A DNA stretch of 64,000 nt, from assembly GCF_009914755.1 (NCBI RefSeq), contig NC_060931.1; one strand, written 5' to 3'. Positions 51,455 to 62,284 of this stretch are shown in pieces. Origin of the DNA: the human T2T-CHM13v2.0 reference genome, Homo sapiens. The position numbers and the translations under genes are program-made. Every line of letters begins with the position of its first letter. Positions within the stretch are counted from its first letter, which is position 1. The notes beneath the pieces were generated by a model. The model was given only the letters and a program-made list of their open reading frames with translations. It was not told the origin of the DNA and made no database searches.

Positions 51455-53055
51455 CTGAAAAAAAAAAATTACTTTTGTTAGAAGGAATGAGTCTATTGGC
51501 AAGTATCCACTTTTAAAATATATTTAGGTCCACAAAAATAAGTGTTCAAATAATGATTCAGTATACAATAAAACATGAATATCACTTAAGAAAAAGTGAG
51601 AAAGTAACTTCACACTGTACATTCATTATAAACTATTAAATAATTATGGAGGATAGTATTTTACTACTGATAAAACATTTTATTTTTCCCTTACCATTTT
51701 GTTTTGAATTTTAGTTACTATATATTTAAATTTCAATCAGGAAGTTACTCTACAAACTTACCTTTCAATGTTTATAAATATAAATTTGGTGAATATGATG
51801 GTGTTTAAAAGTTGTTGCTGCTGTATGGTGTTGTACAGATACGCAAAGAAAGCCCCAGAGAATATACATGAATCTATCTTAGTGGTGAGGTTAGGAGATT
51901 GCGAGGGCCAGGGAGGGGGATGAGGAAGATCATTACTAAAAGATTTACAATTTATCAGTTCAAGGAATCCATGAGGTCAAATCTTAATTTGAATGTAGTA
52001 GTTCTCAACCTGACCATCTATCATAATTATAGTAGGGCTTTTTAAAAGCACTAACATCTGATCCCAGCCCAGGAGATTATAACTCAGATCATCAGAGTAT
52101 TGTGGACAGCCATTTCCTGATTTGACTAATAAGTATGCAGTGTGATAAATGTTAACCAGCTGTCTTGCTATAAATAGTCACACAGTTTTTAGTTCTGTAC
52201 TATTTTAGATAATTGTGAACTTCCTGTAGGTCCAATACTCCAACTAGTAAGCTGAAAGTTAAAAGATTGTATTGAAATGTTTAAAAAGAGGAAAATGACC
52301 AAGTAAATAAAAGCTCATTAACTCAATAGAACACTCAGTAGAATATTATGCACCATTAAAGCCATAAAGGTAATATAATAACATTGAAAAAGCTTAATGC
52401 CCAGAACAAAGCAGAAAAGAAACCTTATCTACACTTTACTGGGATATAATTTTGGGAAAATCAGTTTTTTAAGTATTTTAAGTACTTAAAGTCAGGATTT
52501 TAACTACTTAAAATCAGGATTTTAAGTAAATAACATCACCTCCATTTAATTTGTGTAACAGTAAGGGGAGTAGATACTTTAAGGTGAAGAAACTCCTGTG
52601 AAAGACTTTTCTTTCCAGAAGAAAGCTCATTTTTATCCAATACACATCAAAATCAAAAGCCCTGTACTAAGTCTGCAATTCTGAAAACATTAGCACCTGG
52701 TGGCCAAACAGGTACATTAGTTTTCATAAACAGCTGTCCAAGTATAGAATACAGGTACAACATACAAACACCAAAATCCCTCCTCTCCTACAACTATTTT
52801 CCCCTCAAACTACACTGATAGCTTCAATGCTTAATTTCTTTCTGCATATACACTTCATTTCATGGAACAATAATAAACATTTGTTATTGCATTTCATCAA
52901 TGAATGTCCTTCAGTAAGTCGGGCTAATGAATCAGAACTATTTTGCACTTTAGTTGTTAATAATGTCTCAAGTAATTTATGTATATACTATATACCAATG
53001 GTTTAAATCTGAAAAGGTAAAAATAAATAAATTCAATAGAACATTAAGTATTTAT

Positions 53056-53335
53056 GGCCGGGTGCAGTGGCTCACGCCTGTAATCCCAGCACTTTGAGAG
53101 GCTGAGGCGGGTGGATCATGAGGTCAGGAGATCGAGACCATCCTGGCTAACACGGTGAAACCCCATCTCTACTACAAATACAAAAAAAAAAAATTAGCCG
53201 GGCGTGGTGGTGGGCAGGGAGAATGGCGTGAACCCGCGAGGTGGAGCTTGTGGTGAGCCGAGATTGTGCCACTGCTCTCCAGCCTGGGCGACAGAGCAAG
53301 ACTCCGTCTCAAAAAAAAAAAAGAAAAAAAAAAAG
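53056..53335 (+). mobile_element. AluY with ~30-bp internal deletion and TSD
   Basis: AluY diagnostics (GAGACCATCCTGGCTAACACGGTG, GAATGGCGTGAACCC, GGAGCTTG); AGAACATTAAGTA(T/C)TTAT on both sides. Confidence 0.93.
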
Positions 53336-55775
53336 AACATTAAGTACTTATTGCAGCAATATAGACAAAAATAATTTGGACTGTGTTCAGTTCACTTACT
53401 AGCTAAGTATTCAAACTGAAAACAACACTACATTACACCACAATGCTGAATAAGATTGGTGAATTGTATCCATGTTGATGTCCTGATTGTGATAGTGTAT
53501 TATAGTTTTGCAAGATATTACCAATGGGAGAAACTGAGTAAACAGTATGCACCATCTCTCTGTATATTCAAATGGATTTGTAAAAAACAATACAATTATC
53601 TCAAAATAAAGTTTTATAAAAAATTGTTTTTAAAAATTCATAATCGACATTGGTAATTTCAACTACTAATTGTAGGCAAAATTTTCATTCTTCCTTTCTA
53701 GAAATGTGTTTTATTTTTCTAAAATAATACCATATAATAAATATAAAGCTACATAATTTATAGAAATTGTCAAGTAAGTTTAAAAAATGGAAAACGAATC
53801 ACCAAAAGAACTATTTAATCTTATGGGTCCTTAAGATAGTGATTATAGCAAGAATCCTCCTACTGGATTAAATATGTTAACCTTTCATATACTAAGATGT
53901 TAAACAAATGACGAAGATAACCATATATCCATCTTCGTTAAGATAGTCTGAAATGAGAATTAAAATAAAACCACACAATTAAATTTTGGCCAATTCAACA
54001 GATTGGCAACCAGTAAGGTTACAAAGTACTACACTTCAGTTTTGACATCAAAATAACCATCTGCCCTCATAATGTCTAAATCAAATAGCTAAAATGCACA
54101 CAAAAACACTTTGCAGGTTCTTAACATCAGGAAAAATCAAGAAATAAAAAGTAGGAGAATAAAGTAACTCAACGTTTGTTCATAGCTGACTACCAGTGAT
54201 ATTCCAACTAATACAGCTTTATGTGAATCCCACTTTGGAAATACTCTTCCTTTCCATGTAGAAATCCTAATTCTCTGTTACCTACATTTGTTTTCACTCA
54301 ATCAGCATTTACTGATTGCAGCACCCAGTGCTAGATGCTGGGTGAAGCACCAAAATAGCGCCTTTAAGACTCACTCTTGGGTGAAGGGGGACAGACACAG
54401 GAAAAAGAGGAAAAAAAGAAAAAAAATTATATAATGCAAGGCAGATTAAAATCAGTGCCAAATTGAAATATAAGTACTATGCAATCAGAACAAATGTTCA
54501 GAAAAAGGAGCAATACATTCTTAAAGAGGGAGGTTCAAACACAATTTCTTCCAAAGAAGGGGAATTTATGCAAAGTTCTAAAAAATGAGAAAGATGTGCA
54601 GGGTGAGGAACCAGGACGAGCAAAGGTCAGGGTTGAAAGGACAGGAGGGGATTTGAAGCTGCAGACTGTGTGCAGACTGGCACAAGAGTGTGACCCATGC
54701 AGGAAGGAGGGGTGAAGACCAGCTGAGAAAGGCAGGCTGGGGGATTTGGGTGCCACCCTAAGTAAGGAGTTTGGACTTTATCCTCTAGTAACTGGAAATA
54801 CTAAAGATTGTTGAGTTTTAAGAAAATGGCTCTGAAAGTGGTGAGATAGGCAGATATCAGAGATGAGAAGAGAAAGGAACATCACTATGATGTTCATAAA
54901 AACAGTACAGATTAGAGATGAAGATCCAAACTAGGGCAAAGATGGGGGACAAAGGGTGAGGACAGACATGACTGGTATCACTGGAGAGGAACCATCAGCT
55001 GCATGTGCACAGTGACTATACCACACTGTAGCTTCACCCAGCCTTCTCTTCAATCTTCTTTCTAAAAACAGTGGGTCTTTTCCCATGTAACTTCTATTTG
55101 TTCCAATGGTCCCACTGCCTCCCTTCTCCCAAACATCCTCCTTTCCTTGCTGGTTCAGTCTCTTCGCATTCATTTGTCCTTCACTGAACTTTCATCCAAG
55201 GCCTATAGACAAGTGAAAGCCTATTACTTTAAAAAAGAAAAATATGTGCAACTTGCTTTTGAGTCAAGTTACCATCTCATAAGCTGCTTCTCCTACCATC
55301 AACGTGTCTTAGAAGAATTAGCTATGCACATTGCTTCCAGAGCAACATGGAACGAGTCCTCTATGCCTTCAATATGGTTTCCACCCCATCATTCAACTGA
55401 AACCAGCTGTGTTCTGAAAGGCCACCAGGCTGGCTATCAGGTAGTAATAGAAGTACACAGACCAGAACAAGTAAAGTAAAATCTCACTATACTTTGCAGT
55501 AACTACTTTTATGCTGGAACCTGGATACTTCATTTTAGGATGTGTGCTGAAAAACAAACAAGTTTAGGAGGAAAATAACCAGTTTATCAAGAGAAATGGC
55601 TGAAAGGGAGGATTCTGTTACTGGAAAAGATGAAAACTTGTAAAGGAAGGTCTGACGGACAACGACTACAATTTAACTGAGGAATCACTGATGAAGAAGG
55701 GGGCTCTAGCAGGCAGAAACAAGATCAGTGAACTGAAATTACTTGGGAGTACAAAAGGCAGAATTCAGTGCAGTA

Positions 55776-56013
55776 CAGGTTTAAGTATCCCTTATCCAAA
55801 ATGCTTAGGACCAGAAGTATTTTGGATGTGGGATTTTTTCAGATTTTAGAATATTTGTATTACACTTACCAGCTGAGCATCTCTAATCCGAAAATCTGAA
55901 ATCTAAAATGCTCCAAAGAGCATTTTCTTTTGAGCATCATGTCGATGTTCAAAAAGTTTCAGATTTTGGAGCATTTCAGATTTTGAATTTTCTGATTAGG
56001 GATGTTCAACCTG
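55776..56013. mobile_element. Tigger4a-like (MER46) Tc1/mariner MITE
   Basis: TA-CAGGTTTAAGTATCCCT...AGGGATGTTCAACCTG-TA: imperfect terminal inverted repeats and TA TSD, 238 bp. Confidence 0.85.
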
Positions 56014-56099
56014 TACAAGAAAGTACTTTTATGTAGTCACTGTAAGAAAAGTCACCTGAAAAGGTTTATGCCAAAACTGAAGTCTACATATCAGAATTG

Positions 56100-56268
56100 T
56101 CCAAAGCCTTGATACCCAGTATGCAGTCCATGGACAGGGATCTCAGCCTCACCTTGGAGCTGTCAGAAATGCAGAATCTCAGGCCCCACTCCAGACACTA
56201 ACTCAGAAATCTACGTTTACTAAGATTCTCTGGAGATTCTTTCGGCATTAAAGTTTGAGAAACACTGG
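56100..56268. mobile_element. MER5A-like MITE
   Basis: AGAAATGCAGAATCTCAGGCCCCACTCCAGAC...AAAGTTTGAGAAACACTG. Confidence 0.8.
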
Positions 56269-56301
56269 AATAACAGTCTTGAGATTAAATGTGAAACGGA
56301 G

Positions 56302-56661
56302 TGATATGGTTTGGCTGTGTCCCCACCAAATCTCATCTTGAAATGTAGTCCCATAATCCCTATGTGTCATGGGAGGGACCTAGTGGGAAGTAATTGAATC
56401 CTGGGGGCAATTACCTCCATGCTGTTCTCATGATAGTGAGTTCTCACAAGATCTGATGGTTTTATAAGGGACTTTCCCCTCGCTTCACTCTGCACTTCTC
56501 CTTTCTGCCACCAAGAATAACATGTTTGCTACCCTTCTGCCATGATTGTAAGTTTCCTGAGGCCTCCCCAGCCCTGCAGAACTGTCAGACAATTAAACCT
56601 CTTTCTTTTATAAATTACCCAGTCTGGCAAATTTCTTCACAGCAGCATGAGAACCTAATAT
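56302..56661 (+). mobile_element. THE1 (THE1C/D-like) MaLR solo LTR
   Basis: TGATATGGTTTGGCTGTGTCCCCACC...ATTAAACCTCTTTCTTTATAAATTACCCAGTC...CTAATA, ~360 bp. Confidence 0.9.
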
Positions 56662-56950
56662 GGAAACTGAATTAAGCCTTGGGGATTTTTCCTTTCAAAC
56701 ATGAATTTATGGAAAGCAAAACTCAGTAGTCCAGCAATCTCAGTTCTTTCATTTGACTTCTGCCCACTAGACCAAAATATGGTTTCTAGGGTTTATAGTA
56801 TCACTTTTTATGCTTATTTAATATTATAAACAACAATTTAGTCATAGTTTACTCGATGTAAGTACAAGGATCTATGAAGAATCTCATCATTTCTCTAGCT
56901 TCAATAATAAAAGTGTACAAAAATAGTTTCCCGAAGAGATTCAGAATTAT

Positions 56951-57288
56951 AGTCAGGTGCTGCCTAATGACATTTCAGTCAACAACAGACCATATATAGA
57001 GTGGTAGTGCCATCAGATTATAGTACTATGTTTTTACTGTACCTTTTCCAAGTTTAGATACATAAATACTTACCATTGTGTTCAACTGCTTACAGAATTC
57101 AGTACAGTAACATGCTATACAGGTTTGTAGCCTAGGAGGAACAGGCTATACAATGTAGCCGAGGTGTGTGGTAGGCTATACCATCTAGATTTGTGTAAGT
57201 ACACTCTATGATGTTCTCACAATGACAAAAATCACCGAATGATGCATTTTTCAGAATGTATCCCCATCATTAGGTGACACATGACTGT
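56951..57288. mobile_element. Tigger3-like (MER7/Golem) MITE
   Basis: CAGTACAGTAACATGCTATACAGGTTTGTAGCCTAGGAG...GTAGGCTATACCATCTAG...GACACATGACTG. Confidence 0.82.
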
Positions 57289-57634
57289 GATCTTATATAG
57301 CGCCTTGGTTAAATAATTGTTTTCCACTTTAATGTGTCAAAATTAAATTCTATTATTCAGTCTTATAGCGGTATATTTATAGAAAAGAAATGCATACTTC
57401 ACAATTATTTGAGATTCAATAAGATATTCATATACAATCATCTACAATAGCACTATGTATAACTGGTTCATATGAAAACATTTCAAATGTTATTTTATGA
57501 ACGTAAGGATTCTGTTAAAAAACTGGGTTAAGGTACCTTATAATGGTACATTTACAGTATGGCAACATTAAATGAGTGGGTTAGAAAAAAAAAATGCCAC
57601 AGAGGGAAAATAAGGATAAGAAAGCACCATGGAT

Positions 57635-57799
57635 TTCTTTCTTTTTTTTTAAGAGATGAGGTTTTACTGTCACCCAGGCTGGAGTGCAGTATGGCATGAT
57701 CACAGCTCACCACAGCCTGGAACTCCTGGGCTCCAGTGATCCTCCCACCTCGGCCTCCTGAGTAGCTGGAATTACAGGTGCAAGCCACCACAGCCAGCT
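57635..57799 (-). mobile_element. Alu monomer (FRAM / partial AluJ)
   Basis: T-rich tail followed by right-arm Alu sequence only. Confidence 0.85.
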
Positions 57800-58224
57800 G
57801 CAAGACGGATTTCTATGGCTGGTATCTAAAATGCATTACCGTGACTCCTAATCATATGGCTAACTGAGGGCTAGATTTGGCTTCAAGTTTTCTAGCAGCC
57901 AACTTAAACAGGAAAACAATTTAAGCCTGGAGGTATTTTATGTTTTAGAATGTGCACTTAGAATGCCATGATTAATGCCCCTAAAAATGTATAAAATAGA
58001 CTCATTACATATGTTCAAAATGTTGAATAGAAGATTCATGTTTTATACTAAATTAATTCCAAAATATCTAATTATATACTGTAAAATATTCTAACAAATC
58101 ATATTTATGGATATATAATAATCACATTTCGTTTTCTAGCACTGAGTGACTCAGTGCTGATAACTGATAAAACTTTAGGCCACATCAAAAATAAGATTTA
58201 AGAAAGGAAAAAAATAAAACTTAC

Positions 58225-58329
58225 CAAATAGATTTCCTAAACTTGCATCCATTTTTATTTCAAATACTTGAGAAATAACATAAAATGTCAGTAAAAACAC
58301 TGCCACAGCTACCACCAACTTTGCAGCAC
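58225..58329 (-). CDS. FAM3C: FAM3C exon 3 (signal peptide / signal anchor)
   Basis: [35 protein letters not shown]; TTTTAG acceptor, GTAAGT donor; 105 nt. Confidence 0.97.
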
Positions 58330-59706
58330 CTAAAAGGCAGAAGTATTTCAGCATAACTTTGTAAGCCCACAGAACTTTTATTTTGCATTTCTATGAAAAA
58401 TGTTTATAAATTTTTTAAGATCAATACATTTCTACTTTGTATCTATTAGATCTTAATTTTACATGAGATACATAAAAATTATACAAACAATTCATCAAGA
58501 TAAAGAATTTTCCTGATCAAAGAATTCTCAGATTATCTAGCTATCCAAAGGACTGCTTGAACCATCTGCCTAGTTTTATATGCAAAAAAATTACCTATTA
58601 GTTGCTGACAACAAAAAAGTGTCATGACTAATGGAACACCACCACCAAGTTTGTTGAATGGCAGATTCCTTATCCTTCATAAATATAAGGAGCAATACTA
58701 GATAGGATTTTTCAAAAACAGTGGAACTTCTGGGGATGCTAAGGCCACAATGTCCACTAAGCGAGGAATTCTCAAGTGACATGTTACAGATTTATTGTCC
58801 TATCACTAACCAACACATCTCCTGGAGCTACATAAGCCCTCCTGGTGTGGCGATCAACAAAGCCTTCCTCTTCATACTTAATACCTTAGTACCTTAAGAC
58901 AGGCCTTCTCCATTCCTGCAGGATATAATTTGGTACCTATCACATATGCTTCATAACACAGTTACATGGAAAGCTCCAAGTGCGCAGACTCTTCAATGAA
59001 CTGATGATGCTCAGAGAGCTACTGCTTCTCACAGCCTACTCATTTCTGTATAGAAACACTCTACTGATAACTACATGGGGAGCGGGACAGGGAGTATGTA
59101 GAAAATCTCTGCATCTTCCTCTCAAATTAGCTGTGAACCTAAAACTGCTTTAAAATAATAAAGTCTTAAAAAATCCGAAAGAAACACTATTAATGTAGAA
59201 ATGAAAGAGCAATGAGGAAGTCTAACTATAATACTAATCAATCCCTGCCTCCCTTTTCCATTTCCTACCTTGTCCCCTCCAAAATCTGCTTCCTATTTTC
59301 AAGAGCAACTTACAAGTTGCCTACATTTTTAGTGCATAAGAGAGCAAAATTCTGTTAGGCTTTGAACTCTTCTCCCCAGGATCTAGCAAAGTGCACTGTA
59401 TACACTGATACTATCAACAACTGTTTGCTAAGTAGATAAATGGTAACAGGTGGCATAGTCCTTCTTGATCATTTAAGACTAAGACCAAGAGCTCAAAAAT
59501 TACATGTCACATGATGGTCTTACCATCTTATTTTCTAGCAATCATAGGCACATGCAACCAGAGATAACTTTTCCCTGTCCTGTAAAACAGTCATATGAAA
59601 ACTTCATTGTTCAAAACTGAAAAATTAAAATATCAAGACGATAACACAAACATTCTAAATTCTATACCAAGCTAAATGTAAGCCTACATTAAAAAAAGCT
59701 ATATAC

Positions 59707-60031
59707 AGCAGCATGGATGAAGCTGGAGGCCATTACACTAAGCAAACTAACACAGGAACAGAAAACCAAATAGTGCATGTTCTCATTCATAAGCAAAAGC
59801 TAAACACTGAGAAGGGAACATATAAACATAAAGAAGGGAAAAACAGACTCTGGGGCCTACTTGAGGGTGGAGGGTGGGAAGAGAATGAGGATCAAAAAAC
59901 TACCTATCAGGTACTATGCTTACTACCTGGATGATGAAATAATCTGTACACCAAGCCCCTGTGACACTCAATTTATTTTACCTAGATAACGAACCTGTAC
60001 ATGTACCCTTGAGCCTAAAAGTTTTAAAAAA
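59707..60031 (+). mobile_element. L1 3' end (L1MA/L1PB-like)
   Basis: CATGGATGAAGCTGGAGGCCATTA...GGGGCCTACTTGAGGGTGGAGGGTGGG...AATAATCTGTACACCAA. Confidence 0.85.
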
Positions 60032-60079
60032 GCTATATACAAACATTTTATATATATATATATATATATATGACACTCA

Positions 60080-60280
60080 CATATACCGTTTACTTAGTGT
60101 CTTCTGTAGAACTAAATGCTTTATAAGTATAATCTCATTTGCATAACTTTGCAAGGCATTATTTTCCTTTTACAAATAAGGAAAACAGGGCTAAAATTTT
60201 ACATCATTTGCCTAAGGTCACATAACTAGTCAGCGGCAACATTGAGTCTTAAACCAAGACCTGTTCACTTACACTGAACC
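60080..60280 (+). mobile_element. MIR
   Basis: TTTTACAAATAAGGAAAACAGGGCT...TTGCCTAAGGTCACATAACTAGT. Confidence 0.7.
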
Positions 60281-60970
60281 ATCAGAGGAACTAGGAGGAA
60301 AGAAAAGCTCTAAGGCAGACAAAAGTTAGAGGTGGAGAAACTAGCAGTCTCCATGGGGTTAGAGTTCTGGAACTTCTGTTACAGAGATCGCCCCCAAAGC
60401 TGGCCTGACTCCAGGACCAGCATCCCATTCTGGACTTGATGGGGCCTAACATACCAACCACAATTCCCATTCTTAGCTTTCCATAAGATTCCCTCTTCCT
60501 CCTAGTCACAGACTGCACTAATATCAGTGTGCTCCAGTTTTTCACAAGCCAAGAAGTACAAACTTCAGACATTCATGCCTCACTGTAAGAAGAATGGCTA
60601 TGAGGATATTTCAAAGCAATCAGATTTTTTTAAAAAAATTAGAAGAGATTAATTAGTTAAAAGCAATAAATTAATAGCTAATTGTCCTTATTCATTCATT
60701 CAAGGCAGTTCCCTCAAGACCTATACTAGGAACAGTGCCAAACACAAAATAAGCACTCAGTGAATAATTACTCATCAATTAACCTGGGAATTGTCAGAAC
60801 CAGAGAAATGGACTAAATGACAAAGTTAATTTCAAATAACATGAATTTAAAATTATGTGAGAAAGAGAAACTTACTTTATTTCAAATTGCCATGCTTAAA
60901 TAATGTACTTTAAAAATCATCTGGAGACATGACATCATAAATAGTAAGTCCTGCTGTACTCAAAGAACAT

Positions 60971-60971
<1 letters not shown>

Positions 60972-61006
<35 letters not shown>
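60972..61006. repeat. (CA)n microsatellite, ~17 units
   Basis: Read directly from the sequence. Confidence 0.95.
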
Positions 61007-61009
<3 letters not shown>

Positions 61010-61864
61010 TGCAACATAAAAAGACATTGCAACACATTTATTTAGACCACAAACAAGTTCTTCGTTTCTGAGAATATTTTTCTTGAACAATTGTACCGTT
61101 ACTTTTTTTAAAATTGCTTTATAATTTCACAAGAGATTCAGTTTTTCAAGTTTCTACAAAAGCATTTGTAACAGCCCTCAGTTATCTTTGTTTAATAATC
61201 ATGATGTTTAATCAATTGCGCCTGATTCTACACAATTATGACCACAGTATGAAGACTGGTTTGTTCACCCAGCTTGACTTTAGGCATTTCTAAGAGATGC
61301 TCCCTTAGGAAAATAATTGGTTTGCTGCTGAGATGACAATTAAGAAAAAGACTAATTATCTTGATTTTGAGAAATTACAAGTTACCTATGTTGGGCACAC
61401 GCTTAGTAGAAATTTCCATGTAAAGTATGCATTTCTTCTAGGGCTTTGGTTGATGGGAAGGGTGGGGAAAAACAGACTTATTTTTACTACACAGGAAGAG
61501 GTCATCAGCCCCTCCAGTTATTTATAAACGTGTCTTTTTAGAATATTTAAATATAACTACCTTAATATTATGAACATCTAATGGTGTTTTTCAATTTTCT
61601 CAATATGCTGCTTAATAAACAGATTAAAGTTCTTACACATAAACTCACCTATGCAGATTAAACTTGAACAAATACTGAGCAAAAACACATATTTTATCGA
61701 ATCCTTCACACACATCTTAATTTAAGTACATACATATGAGACATTTAAACTTTAAAACTTTATAACTCATTTTTCTCAAGACGCTAGAACATAGCAAAAA
61801 CAAAAATCAGCCTCCCTAGGTTGTCAAACCATTCTTTATATGGGCATTATATACAGTCTTTAGG

Positions 61865-62051
61865 TTTTTTTTTTTTTTTTTTCAGATTTTAGAATATTTG
61901 CATCATACTTACCAGCTGAACTTCCCAAATCTGAAAATCTGAAACCTAAATACTCAAATGAGCATTTCCTTTGAGCATCATGTGTTGCTGCTCATAAAGT
62001 TTTAGATTTTGGAGCATTTCAGATCTTCAGATTTAAGAAGCTCAATGTGTA
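61865..62051. mobile_element. Second, truncated Tigger4a-like copy
   Basis: Aligns with 55834-56013 (TTCAGATTTTAGAATATTTG...CTTACCAGCTGA...AGATTTTGGAGCATTTCAGAT). Confidence 0.8.
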
Positions 62052-62271
62052 ATTTCAACAAAAGACTTGAACAAAAAAAAAAATTTATGTGATACTGACT
62101 AAATGTCCAATTTGTGATTTGCCAACTACCTAAAAACAAAGGGCTGAATGATTTAGTTTATTTCAGTTTAACCTTCTCAATATAAAGATTATTTAACCTC
62201 TCCTTTAGTTATTCTTTAACAAACAGGTTACACAAAAAGTACAATTACTTCTACTAAATTAAATATCTTAC

Positions 62272-62284
62272 CTGCTACCCTCAT
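62272..62284 (-). CDS. FAM3C: FAM3C first coding exon (exon 2 spans 62272-62325; coding MRVA+G)
   Basis: aacATGAGGGTAGCAG|GTAAG; acceptor TTTTTTAG at 62327-62326; the nine coding exons sum to 684 nt = 227 aa + stop (FAM3C/ILEI). Confidence 0.95.

Noticed and set aside
55776-62051. Apparent ~190-bp duplication between 55834-56013 and 61865-62051
   Set aside because: Explained as two independent copies of the same Tigger4a-like MITE
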